From a virus: a stretch of DNA of 64,000 bases. Under the pieces are notes generated by a model, which did not search any database, was not told the origin of the DNA, and saw only the letters and a list, made by a program, of their open reading frames with translations. The position numbers and the translations under genes are program-made. This document shows, in pieces, positions 11,821-21,209 of this stretch. The stretch is taken from IMG/VR virus record IMGVR_UViG_3300032287_001394; one strand, written 5' to 3'. How positions within the stretch are numbered: position 1 is the stretch's first letter; each line of letters opens with the position of its first letter.

Positions 11821-12979
11821 ACTAGGCGCAACAGGTGCAACGGGAGTTAAAAATTCTCCTCTAACTAATGCAGAAATAGATACTAACTTTAGTAATCTTA
11901 ATACTGACATAGGTACTAGATTATTATCTAGTGATTATACGGCATCTGATGTTTTAACAAAGATTAAGACTGTAGACGGTACAGGTTCAGGATTAGACGC
12001 AGATCTATTAGATGGTCTAAACGCAGTATCAGGTGCTACTGGTGCTAGCATAGTATCTCGCGATGCTTCTGGTAACTTTTCAGCTGGTACTATTACTGCA
12101 ACGTTTACTGGTAACGTAACAGGTAATACTAATGGCGTACATACTGGTGCAGTGACTGGTAATGTTACTGGTAATACTAATGGCGTACATACTGGTGCAG
12201 TAACAGGTAATGTTACAGGTAATTTAACAGGTGATGTAACTGGTAATACCACTGGAAATCATAATGGTGCAGTAGGTAATGCTACTCCAAGCAGCGGAGC
12301 ATTTACTACACTTAGCGCAGCAGGAATACTATCAGCAGGTGCCGCAGTTGTGTTAGGTGGAACATTAAGTGCAAATGGTTCTAATGGTAATTCTGGACAA
12401 TATTTAAAATCAAGAGGTTTAAGTTTAACTCCAATTTGGGATACCGTATCAATTGACTTAGTAACACAAGTTTCAAGTACACTACTAGCTGGAAATGGCG
12501 GCACGGGTTTAGCTTCAGTAGGTGCTAGCGGAAACGTATTAATATCTGATGGTACTTATTGGATAAGTGACCGTCTTACTGTAGTCGCTAATGATTTAAA
12601 TGGAGATGCAACTGGGTCATTTCCAGCAGATGAACAAACTGGAACAGCTCCTATATTTGCTGCTCGGGCATGGGCACGTTTTGATGGAACTAAAGACACT
12701 ACTAATGCTACATCTACATCAAATACAAATAGATTAATTAAAGCTAGTGGAAATGTTACATCTATATTAAGAAATTCTATTGGTAATTATACATTAACAT
12801 TTAGAACTGCTCTACCTAGTGCAAATTATGCAGCAATAGCATCTGGGTTCTTAAGCTCTGGTAATGCAGCTATAGTTACTACTGATAATTATACAACAAC
12901 TACATTAACATTAAATTGTGTAGATTCTAGTAATGCTGAAGCAGACTTTTTAAATGTAAACGTTGCGATATTTGGATAA
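11801..12979 (+). CDS. Tail fibre-like protein
   Basis: SPLTNAEIDTNF N-terminus, GSGLDADLLDG motif, TGNVTG repeats, C-terminal ARAWARFDG...GNYTLTF domain. Confidence 0.7.
   Translation: MATILLRLGATGATGVKNSPLTNAEIDTNFSNLNTDIGTRLLSSDYTASDVLTKIKTVDGTGSGLDADLLDGLNAVSGATGASIVSRDASGNFSAGTITATFTGNVTGNTNGVHTGAVTGNVTGNTNGVHTGAVTGNVTGNLTGDVTGNTTGNHNGAVGNATPSSGAFTTLSAAGILSAGAAVVLGGTLSANGSNGNSGQYLKSRGLSLTPIWDTVSIDLVTQVSSTLLAGNGGTGLASVGASGNVLISDGTYWISDRLTVVANDLNGDATGSFPADEQTGTAPIFAARAWARFDGTKDTTNATSTSNTNRLIKASGNVTSILRNSIGNYTLTFRTALPSANYAAIASGFLSSGNAAIVTTDNYTTTTLTLNCVDSSNAEADFLNVNVAIFG
12108..12225 (+). repeat. 48-bp tandem repeat encoding TGNVTGNTNGVHTGAV
   Basis: GGTAATACTAATGGCGTACATACTGGTGCAGT occurs twice at 48-nt spacing. 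Confidence 0.8.
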
Positions 12980-12988
12980 GGATATTAA

Positions 12989-14089
12989 ATGGCAAGCTTA
13001 ACACTACGAAGCATTAAAGGATCTCCTCTAACACTGGCAGAGGTAGATGCAAATTTTACTGCATTAAACACTGAACTTGGAGAAAAAGTAGCTACTACAT
13101 CATACACCGCAGCAGATGTGCTTTCAAAACTATTAACTGTTGATGGAGCAAGTTCCGGTTTAGATGCGGACTTTGTTGACGGTTTAAGTCCATCTGCAAC
13201 AAATGCTGGTAATAGTTTAGTATCTAGGAATTCTTCAGGTAACTTTGCAGCAGGTACTATTACTGCAACACTAACTGGAAATGTAACAGGTAACTTAACT
13301 GGCAACGTAACAGGAAACTTAACTGGTAATGTAACAGGCAATACTAGTGGTTCAGCTGGTACTCTTGCTAATACAAGAACTATTAGTATAACTGGTGATG
13401 GTTCATGGACTACATCATTTGATGGATCAGCAAATGTAACCGGTGCTTTTACACTAACAACTAGCGGTGTAGCTGCTGGAACATATACTAAGATTACTGT
13501 CGATGCTAAAGGCAGAGCTACTGTTGGTGCATCATTGAGCGGAACAGATGTTACTACAGCTTTAGGTTATACTCCATGGCATTCAGGTAATGATGGATCT
13601 GGATCTGGATTAGATGCAGACTTATTAGACGGATATAACTCAGCTACTGCTGCTACGGTATCTACTGTAGCTGTGCGAGATGGTTTTGGCGACTTAACGG
13701 CAAATGTATTTAAAGGCACAGCAACTTCTGCAAGATATGCAGACTTAGCAGAAAAATATACTACAGATAAAGAATACTCGGTTGGTACTGTCATTGTCAT
13801 CTCTGATAAAGAAGATTCTGAATGCACAGCATCAGACTATATAGGACAACATGCTATAGGAGTTATATCAGAGAATCCAGCATTCTTAATGAATTCAGAA
13901 TCATCTGGTCAAGCAGTTGCTATCAAAGGAAGAGTGCCTGTTAGAGTAATTGGTCCAATCAGAAAAGGTGAATCTGTTTGTGCAGCTACTAATGGTCAAG
14001 CTATATTAGGTCAAGTTAATGCAATTGCTGTCGCATTAAAGACAGATTTAACACATGAAGAAAAATTAGTGGAGTGCTTTATATTATAA
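12989..14089 (+). CDS. Tail fibre-like protein with C-terminal peptidase-G2/IMC-like chaperone domain
   Basis: N-terminus paralogous to the 11801 ORF; GSGLDADLLDG; C-terminal ADLAEKY...GVIS.NPAFLMN...GRVPVRVIGPIRKG. Confidence 0.7.
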   Translation: MASLTLRSIKGSPLTLAEVDANFTALNTELGEKVATTSYTAADVLSKLLTVDGASSGLDADFVDGLSPSATNAGNSLVSRNSSGNFAAGTITATLTGNVTGNLTGNVTGNLTGNVTGNTSGSAGTLANTRTISITGDGSWTTSFDGSANVTGAFTLTTSGVAAGTYTKITVDAKGRATVGASLSGTDVTTALGYTPWHSGNDGSGSGLDADLLDGYNSATAATVSTVAVRDGFGDLTANVFKGTATSARYADLAEKYTTDKEYSVGTVIVISDKEDSECTASDYIGQHAIGVISENPAFLMNSESSGQAVAIKGRVPVRVIGPIRKGESVCAATNGQAILGQVNAIAVALKTDLTHEEKLVECFIL

Positions 14090-14589
14090 CACTTAATGAA
14101 GTTGTTGAATTTATTCACAACCCTTTGTCATATAAGCAACATTTAGTTTCAATAATAAATGACAGGGGGATACAAATCCCCCTTAATCATTCTAGCGAGC
14201 TGTATGAGGATAAGCCTAAGACTATTAAGGTCGAAGGGATGGAACGATATTCTAAAGTAATTTGGGATAAGTGCTGTGAATTTGCAGATGAATATAATCA
14301 TCATGGTCCTGTGACATGTCATGCATTTATAGCTCAAGCAAACTCCCCATCTTTTGATATGCATACTGATCCAGATGATGTCATCATAGTATGCTGTGAA
14401 GGTAAGAAAACCATGATGGTGAATGGCACATATATAGTATTAGAGGCTGGAGAACATGTTTATATCCCAGTTAATACTCCACACCAAGCATTAAATGAAT
14501 ATGCAGCACTAACGTTAAGCTTTGGTTTAGAAAACTATTTGAAGGATAAATCTCGTAATGAATTGGATGTTTTACCTAAAGACGACTGA
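14074..14589 (+). CDS. JmjC/cupin-fold 2-oxoglutarate/Fe(II) oxygenase (RoxA/YcfD-like catalytic domain)
   Basis: SFDMHTDPDDVIIVCCEGKK...LEAGEHVYIPVNTPHQA gives an HxD...H facial triad and the GxK motif; GTG start overlaps the fibre gene stop. Confidence 0.75.
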   Translation: MLYIITLNEVVEFIHNPLSYKQHLVSIINDRGIQIPLNHSSELYEDKPKTIKVEGMERYSKVIWDKCCEFADEYNHHGPVTCHAFIAQANSPSFDMHTDPDDVIIVCCEGKKTMMVNGTYIVLEAGEHVYIPVNTPHQALNEYAALTLSFGLENYLKDKSRNELDVLPKDD

Positions 14590-15598
14590 GACATGTAACT
14601 TAAATTGTCGCCATTGTTTTACTAATGGTATAAATGGTGCAAAGGTATATTGGGATCATAATAAAGTAATAGATTGGATTCATAGATTTTCCAATTATGC
14701 ATCTAAAAGTGATACATTACATTGTGAATTTCATGGAGGTGAACCATTCTTAGTGCCAGTATCCCAGATGTATGAGGTATGGGATAAGTGCAAGGCTTTG
14801 TTTACTAATTCCAGTTGGGGTGCAACAACCAATTTGGTATTTAAATTATATCAAGAACATATAGATTTAATAAAAGGTCCATTTAACGGTAGAATTGGAA
14901 CTTCATGGGATCCAAAGATAAGGTTTGATAATAAGAAACAAATAGATCTTTGGCGCAATAATGTAAAGACACTGTTGTCTGAAGGCATAACAGTAAGATT
15001 GTTTATAAGTGTCACAAAAGATACTATAGCTATAGACCCAATAGTTTTATTAAGATGGATAAGAAGATTGGGAGTTCAAGAGGTATCATTTGAACGATTG
15101 ACTAATAACGGAAGCGCTAAGAAGTTTCCAGAGATATTTCCATTTAATAAAGATCAAGATGCATGGTTTTTAAAAATGCACCAACAATCTGAAAAATATG
15201 GTGCCAGACATTGGTTTGAGAATGATTTTTTAGAAACAATTTATTCTAAGTTTGAAACTGGTTTTACTAAAGGTGGTACATTTTGTAGGGATTGTGAAGA
15301 AAAGATTTTCACATTAAATGCTGATGGAACCATTTCAGGTTGTCCAAATTCAGCACCAGAATTTCAATTTGGCCACATAGATGACGATATAAATAACCTT
15401 ATAAATAGTCCTATACGCCTAGAAAATATGGCGTGTGAGAGGTCTAGAAACCCATTATGTTATTCTTGTGATGTGTTTCAATATTGCGGTGGTGATTGTC
15501 ACCAGTTATCTTGGCAAGATGAGATATGCGGGGCTCCCAAAAGTTTAATGAGAGAGCTTTCTAAGAAAAAGAAGATATTTTCTATAATACATGTATAG
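14558..15598 (+). CDS. Radical SAM/SPASM enzyme 1
   Basis: CNLNCRHC (CxxxCxxC) and FHGGEPF; C-terminal CRDC...GCP...CYSCDVFQYCGGDC...C SPASM-type Cys array. Confidence 0.9.
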   Translation: MNWMFYLKTTETCNLNCRHCFTNGINGAKVYWDHNKVIDWIHRFSNYASKSDTLHCEFHGGEPFLVPVSQMYEVWDKCKALFTNSSWGATTNLVFKLYQEHIDLIKGPFNGRIGTSWDPKIRFDNKKQIDLWRNNVKTLLSEGITVRLFISVTKDTIAIDPIVLLRWIRRLGVQEVSFERLTNNGSAKKFPEIFPFNKDQDAWFLKMHQQSEKYGARHWFENDFLETIYSKFETGFTKGGTFCRDCEEKIFTLNADGTISGCPNSAPEFQFGHIDDDINNLINSPIRLENMACERSRNPLCYSCDVFQYCGGDCHQLSWQDEICGAPKSLMRELSKKKKIFSIIHV

Positions 15599-15616
15599 AT
15601 AGATAAAGAGGATTTT

Positions 15617-16144
15617 ATGGCAACAGTTGGCACCGTAGTAACAAAACAGAATATCATTGATGATTTTGTTAGTGCTGTAATGGTCCCAGAACAAACTAGG
15701 ACCAGATGGCACGCAACTAATAGACCTACGTATATTGCAGACGTATTAGTTGACGCGAGTGTTGGTATGGCCAATCCTATCGCATCAAACTTTACAGAAG
15801 CAATTACAGCAAGTAACATTGTGTCAGTGCTTAGAGACTATGCTTATGGTACTACGAGAGTAAGATTAGTTAGAGCTGGAATTTACTACGAATTTCCGGC
15901 TGGTCCTGGTACAATAGATGAACAAGTTGCTTACGCTCACTTAAATGATACCTATTTAAGAACAAATCCATTAAGTGTTTCAGGTCCAGTTGTTAATGAT
16001 ATCATTACTGCAGATCCATTAAATACCTTTTATACTTCATTAAGATTAGCATCTAACACAGATACTTACGGAGATATCATAGATCTTCGAATTTGCCACT
16101 CATCATGTCATTCAGCATGTCATAGTTCTAGAGGAAGAAGATAA
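15617..16144 (+). CDS. 175-aa protein with C-terminal (CHSx)3-RGRR motif; candidate substrate/precursor of the radical-SAM cluster
   Basis: Ends ICHSSCHSACHSSRGRR*; strong GAGGA RBS; embedded among radical SAM genes. The substrate role is inference. Confidence 0.7.
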   Translation: MATVGTVVTKQNIIDDFVSAVMVPEQTRTRWHATNRPTYIADVLVDASVGMANPIASNFTEAITASNIVSVLRDYAYGTTRVRLVRAGIYYEFPAGPGTIDEQVAYAHLNDTYLRTNPLSVSGPVVNDIITADPLNTFYTSLRLASNTDTYGDIIDLRICHSSCHSACHSSRGRR

Positions 16145-17190
16145 TGTTTCATTTATTTAACTCAGTTTATTTACATTTTGATTTTAATTTTGAACCGGCT
16201 GGAAAAGACTTTATATTAGCATCAGATATTTATGGCAACAAGCCAATGATAACGGTGCAAAATAATGAAGTTTATCAATCTCAACCATCATTTGAAGATT
16301 TAATTAAGTATCCATTTAACGGTGACGAAGAAAATTTCTGGACTAATTTAATTGCTCGTAATAAGAAAGTTGTGGTATATGTTAATCCATCTCAACTTTA
16401 TAAGTTGCAAACTAAGTATTTAAAGAGCATCTTTAAACATGCATCTATTCAAGATTTACATAGAATTCATGTCTCATTTGTTGAAAGTACTAGATTAAGA
16501 TCTTACTTTGAAGCTTCCACTGGGCCAGATATACGTAAACATAAAACACTTACTACTATTAATCCATTATCATTAGAACAATTTGAAGAATTATATAATT
16601 CAACAGAAGTTTCTAAAGCCTTACAGAGCTTAGATAAAACCACATTATCATTCGAATATCTTTTAGCTGATTATGTTTATAACAAAAATAGCCAATATAA
16701 ATCAGCCCTATTAGCTAAAAGTGAGGTAATGATTTGGGATAATTGGTTCAATGAACTTGAATATTTACGTTATGAAACTATATTTGGTTCATTAGATCTT
16801 AATAAATTAGACCCTAATATTGAATTAGGTATTGGTACAATTGAAGAAGCACTTGCACAAAGTGAATTACTAAAGTGGATTGTTGATCCAGACTTTGCAT
16901 ATAACAGAGAATATATTAAAACTAATTATGATTATAAAACATTTAGTTCACTGTGGGATAAAATTTATAGTTTATATGGCGTGTCTGAAGATATGTCAGA
17001 GACAAATGAATTAATTAATACCGACATGTATGAAGAATTATTAAATCGTGATATTAATCGCGGATTTGGTTGCACTTATACAGGTGAAATGTTTAAAGAA
17101 AAAGCCAATCACGTGTTTGCATCATATTGCTATAATATTGCACGCACAAATGATACATCATCGCTAGCTCCATATAGATTGACTTCTTAA
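16144..17190 (+). CDS. Hypothetical protein of the radical-SAM cluster
   Basis: 348-aa ORF coupled (TAATG) to the CHSx gene; no motif recognised. Confidence 0.7.
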   Translation: MFHLFNSVYLHFDFNFEPAGKDFILASDIYGNKPMITVQNNEVYQSQPSFEDLIKYPFNGDEENFWTNLIARNKKVVVYVNPSQLYKLQTKYLKSIFKHASIQDLHRIHVSFVESTRLRSYFEASTGPDIRKHKTLTTINPLSLEQFEELYNSTEVSKALQSLDKTTLSFEYLLADYVYNKNSQYKSALLAKSEVMIWDNWFNELEYLRYETIFGSLDLNKLDPNIELGIGTIEEALAQSELLKWIVDPDFAYNREYIKTNYDYKTFSSLWDKIYSLYGVSEDMSETNELINTDMYEELLNRDINRGFGCTYTGEMFKEKANHVFASYCYNIARTNDTSSLAPYRLTS

Positions 17191-17218
17191 TATTATTAGG
17201 TGAAGTGTTTATTATACT

Positions 17219-18343
17219 ATGAATATATTTAGTAATGAATTTAATGTTATTTATTTAAGAGTCGTACAAGGGTGCAATTTAAACTGCACTCATTGTTTTA
17301 CTCTTGGTAATAAAGATCCTTATATGGTTACTGACCTTAACTATATTGAGGATTTTTTGTCATCTATAAAAGATAACGTCGACCCTCAAAAAGCTACATT
17401 TTATATACATGGTGGAGAAACTTTTCTTGCGCCATATTCACATTTAGCTGACGTTAATAAAATAATCAGATCTAAGTTTGGTACTAAGAGGATAGACATA
17501 ATTCCTCAAACAAATCTATTGTATACTATAGATGATGAGTTTATTAATTTTGTAAAGACCGAGTACCGATCAACCATTGGTGTTTCTTGGGATGCTGACA
17601 TTAGGTTTGGATCTATTGCAATTAATAAGAAGACTGATCAAGAAAACCTATTCTTTAGCAATTTAAAACAACTTCTTGCCAATGATATAAAAGTTCATAT
17701 AGCAATTACTGCTCAAAAGCATTTGTTAAACTACGATCCTCTTGAGATTGTAAAAATGTTTGATGGAGTTGATTCAATTGACTTTGAATTATTAACTACA
17801 TTTGATGAGAAAACTAGAAACTTAAAACCTAATAATAAAAAATGGGCTATATGGTTAGAGAAGTTAGTAGATTATTATCAGTATAATAAAACTACTTGGT
17901 GCTTACCACAAATAGATCTTTTTACAAAGGCGTTAATTACAGGTAATTTATTCGACTGTAAGTGTAATTGTTGTGATAAACGCACTTTTACTTTAAATCC
18001 AAATGGTACTGTTGGGTTATGTCCAGATAAAACTTATGTTGAACCATTTTCAACTACTACTGAAATGAAACAAGATTGGGCTACATTCCAAAATAAATCA
18101 CTCGATGTAATAATGAAAAAGTTAGTTGAAATGGATCAACATACTATGTGTTTTGAATGTGAACATTATGACATATGTGGCGGTAATTGTGATGCAAGTT
18201 TGTTTGATGATTCCGATGAATGTCCATTATCTAAAAGTGTTATAAGTAAGATTAGAAATAATAAAGAAGTTTTTATAAAACTGTATGAAGATAAAGCTAA
18301 AAACAATTTAACTGAATTAAGGAATGATTATGACATACATTGA
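17219..18343 (+). CDS. Radical SAM/SPASM enzyme 2
   Basis: CNLNCTHC and IHGGETF; CKCNCC...GLCP...CFECEHYDICGGNC...ECP. Clear paralogue of enzyme 1 (shared IGxSWD..IRF and FTLNxxGT motifs). Confidence 0.9.
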   Translation: MNIFSNEFNVIYLRVVQGCNLNCTHCFTLGNKDPYMVTDLNYIEDFLSSIKDNVDPQKATFYIHGGETFLAPYSHLADVNKIIRSKFGTKRIDIIPQTNLLYTIDDEFINFVKTEYRSTIGVSWDADIRFGSIAINKKTDQENLFFSNLKQLLANDIKVHIAITAQKHLLNYDPLEIVKMFDGVDSIDFELLTTFDEKTRNLKPNNKKWAIWLEKLVDYYQYNKTTWCLPQIDLFTKALITGNLFDCKCNCCDKRTFTLNPNGTVGLCPDKTYVEPFSTTTEMKQDWATFQNKSLDVIMKKLVEMDQHTMCFECEHYDICGGNCDASLFDDSDECPLSKSVISKIRNNKEVFIKLYEDKAKNNLTELRNDYDIH

Positions 18344-19046
18344 TACAATTGCCCCTATTCCAATTGACTGTATTAAAGAATATTTTAAAGATAAAAATAT
18401 AATGTTTTTAATTGACTATGAAAATAGTAAACTTGAAAACAAAGTCTTTTTGACGTATTTGTCAAACCTTGACGTTCCTTGTGACATTAAATTAGATTCT
18501 TTAAGCACAGAAAAGAAGTTGGCTTTATTAGAAGCATATTTAAATATTAAAAATATTACCAATGTTCCTGCTTTGAACATCATGATGGCGCAAATCATTT
18601 TACATATGATTGGATCAGATCCATCAATGTTGTTTAAAACACTATCTCTTACACCTGAAGAGTGCGATACATTCATAGAAAAAAATAAATTAGAGATTGA
18701 AAGATGGTTGATCTTCTTAGATTCAACTATGGTTTTCTTAATCTATTCTTATAAAGATTTAAATGAGAAAATTAAAGTAGAAGAAACTTTCCCTATCATT
18801 GACGATGAAAACTTTGTTGGTTTAAACGTTATTAATCTATTAAAGATTCCTGCATTCTTAGAACTTTACTTTGCCGCAGATAAACCAGTAGCACTATACT
18901 ACTTTAAACGTCACTTTGAAGTATACATGTTTAAGGGCAAATCATTCTTTGAGTATTATAATAACGAGTGTAATGCATTCATTCCATTACTTAAACAATT
19001 AATTTCAAAAGAATTACCATTAACTCCTCCAAATTTCGAGGTTTAA
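18324..19046 (+). CDS. Hypothetical protein of the radical-SAM cluster
   Basis: 240-aa ORF overlapping the rSAM2 end; probable start at 18330 after AAGGA; no motif recognised. Confidence 0.7.
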   Translation: MIMTYIDTIAPIPIDCIKEYFKDKNIMFLIDYENSKLENKVFLTYLSNLDVPCDIKLDSLSTEKKLALLEAYLNIKNITNVPALNIMMAQIILHMIGSDPSMLFKTLSLTPEECDTFIEKNKLEIERWLIFLDSTMVFLIYSYKDLNEKIKVEETFPIIDDENFVGLNVINLLKIPAFLELYFAADKPVALYYFKRHFEVYMFKGKSFFEYYNNECNAFIPLLKQLISKELPLTPPNFEV

Positions 19047-19047
19047 T

Positions 19048-20151
19048 ATGGATGCATATTTAACTTCAGGTAATCTGAACGAATCTAATTCTTATTATTT
19101 CAACCTTAATTTTGAATTTTTAAATGGATGTCAATTTAGTTGTAAAGGTTGTCATGTAAACAAGAATGGTTCTGCGCCTATTAATGATGAAAGTTATCTT
19201 CAGCTTATGAAGATTATGAATTCATTTACACCTGAAAATTCATATAAACCATTCATTGCCTTTATTGCTCCAACAGATTTTCTATCTGCAACTAATACGT
19301 ATTCAGTTTTAACAGATAAACGTATTATTGAAATCCTTAATAAGTTTAAAAGAATATCTCTCCAAACTACGTATCTTAATATGGATAAGGCGAGTCTTAT
19401 TGCTGATGTATTAAAAGAACACTATAGTAATATGGAATTAGAAATCAATGTTATCATAGAACCAGAAAAGATTGAGAATGAAAAGTATTTAAGCATTCTT
19501 AAAAAACATCAAGATAAAATGATTGATCTTTTAGATTGGCCTATACCAGTAAGATCATTTGGTATTATGAATGTATTTGATTATGATTCTACTAAACTTG
19601 CAGAGATATTAAAAGATTACGACCATTTACATAAGAAAGTTCAACATCTATTTCAAACTACTATTGATTTTAATTTTTCTTTAGGTAGAAAAGACGAAAA
19701 CTTAACACACGAAGAATTTAAAAGTGCGACCAATAGAATTAAAACTATGTTCAATAGTTCTGTTGTTTCTGGTGAGAAAAGCGGCTACCTTAGATTTTCA
19801 TTTGGTAAACTAAATGATTCTCTAATTGAACGACAATATAACTGGAAGAACGGCGAGTTTTATTATTCACCTCTCCTTTATGAACGATATGTTTCTTTTA
19901 TTGATGGATTAAAAATGAACATAGAAGACTATAGTGCAAAAGAATTTGAAAAGTTTGAAGAAGACGTTCAATTACAGCAATACCTGAATGTATCGAATAA
20001 AACTGAATGTGAAGATTGCATTATGTTAGGATCTTGTGTTGATCGTGGTATCTTACATCTAATGGATGTTCATGGAGTTAAAGATTGTTTAGTTGCTAAA
20101 GATGCAATGCTAACAGTCAATAATCTAAAAATTTCAGGCCATCCTGCATGA
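19048..20151 (+). CDS. Radical SAM-like protein 3 (atypical, lacks GGE motif)
   Basis: CQFSCKGC (CxxxCxxC); FIAPTDF at the usual GGE position; C-terminal CEDCIMLGSC...C. Confidence 0.75.
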   Translation: MDAYLTSGNLNESNSYYFNLNFEFLNGCQFSCKGCHVNKNGSAPINDESYLQLMKIMNSFTPENSYKPFIAFIAPTDFLSATNTYSVLTDKRIIEILNKFKRISLQTTYLNMDKASLIADVLKEHYSNMELEINVIIEPEKIENEKYLSILKKHQDKMIDLLDWPIPVRSFGIMNVFDYDSTKLAEILKDYDHLHKKVQHLFQTTIDFNFSLGRKDENLTHEEFKSATNRIKTMFNSSVVSGEKSGYLRFSFGKLNDSLIERQYNWKNGEFYYSPLLYERYVSFIDGLKMNIEDYSAKEFEKFEEDVQLQQYLNVSNKTECEDCIMLGSCVDRGILHLMDVHGVKDCLVAKDAMLTVNNLKISGHPA

Positions 20152-21209
20152 GTGAATTCTTAAGACATGTTTTAAAAGATAAAATGCCAGACTCAACTGA
20201 GATTGAGCTGCATCTATTTGAGTTCTGTAACTTAAGCTGTGCTTTCTGTGGACAAGATCACGACTCTACAGAAGGTATGAACACTATTGAGGAAAAAGCT
20301 TTACAAGTTACAGACTTTATGAAAAAGTCTAATATGAATAGCCATATCGTTAATATTATGGGTGGGGAAATATTCAATGATTTAGTACCAGACGATACGT
20401 TTGAAAGCTATATAAAATTTTATAACATTATCAATTCTTGGTGTGACGACAATAATCATACAGTAAGATTTAATTGGGTTACTAACTTAATATTCTTAAA
20501 AATACAACGTATAAAAGACTTCATTAATACATTAAGAGCTATTAAACCTAATTCATATATTTCAACTTCATATGACTTTGCTGGTCGCGGATTGAATTTA
20601 AATCGAACGTTACAATTTGAACACAACATTAAAAGCTTTAAAGATATTATTACAGTAGTTGGATTTGTATTAACTAAACAAGCAATTAAAAGGATACTAA
20701 CTAAGACTGACAAATTCTTTAAAGATTATCTTTATGAGAACTATACCCTATACTTTGATTATTATGTTCCAGAAGCAAATGCAGAAAAAATGATGCCAAC
20801 TGAGCACGAAATGTTGGATTGCATGTTATTCATTGCTAAGAATTACCCTGAGATTTATCCAATAAAAGATCTTATTGTTAATGAACGAAATAAGATGACT
20901 TGTTATTCCATGAATAAGACGACAATCCTTCCAAGCGGAAGAGAAGTCACATGTCGTTACATGGATTATGATCCTATCACTTTCATAAATAAGATTGACT
21001 ATAAATCAAACAGTAATATTATCCAATCGCATTTAGATAGAAACCAATGTTTATCATGTAAATGGTTTGATCGTTGTCAGTTTAGATGTTTTGTTCAAGC
21101 CGATTGGGCAAAACTAGAAAGAACACACGACTGTCTATTTAGAGAGTTCTTCAATAGAATGGAAAGTGAGAATCTATTACAATATGGATCTAATAATAAA
21201 ACCGACTGA
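20148..21209 (+). CDS. Radical SAM/SPASM enzyme 4
   Basis: CNLSCAFC and IMGGEIF; C...C...CLSCKWFDRCQFRC...C. Confidence 0.88.
   Translation: MSEFLRHVLKDKMPDSTEIELHLFEFCNLSCAFCGQDHDSTEGMNTIEEKALQVTDFMKKSNMNSHIVNIMGGEIFNDLVPDDTFESYIKFYNIINSWCDDNNHTVRFNWVTNLIFLKIQRIKDFINTLRAIKPNSYISTSYDFAGRGLNLNRTLQFEHNIKSFKDIITVVGFVLTKQAIKRILTKTDKFFKDYLYENYTLYFDYYVPEANAEKMMPTEHEMLDCMLFIAKNYPEIYPIKDLIVNERNKMTCYSMNKTTILPSGREVTCRYMDYDPITFINKIDYKSNSNIIQSHLDRNQCLSCKWFDRCQFRCFVQADWAKLERTHDCLFREFFNRMESENLLQYGSNNKTD

Noticed and set aside
1058-13827. Numerous minus-strand ORFs (e.g. 2309-2749, 4220-4645, 7112-7597, 9770-10315, 12985-13341)
   Set aside because: Antisense shadows of Gly/Thr/Ala/Val-rich structural genes (PV/AP-rich translations); fully overlap well-supported + strand genes.
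16094-16129. c-type cytochrome call from CH motifs
   Set aside because: Spacing is CX3CH rather than canonical CXXCH, the motifs overlap, and there is no signal peptide for periplasmic haem attachment; kept only as a minor alternative.
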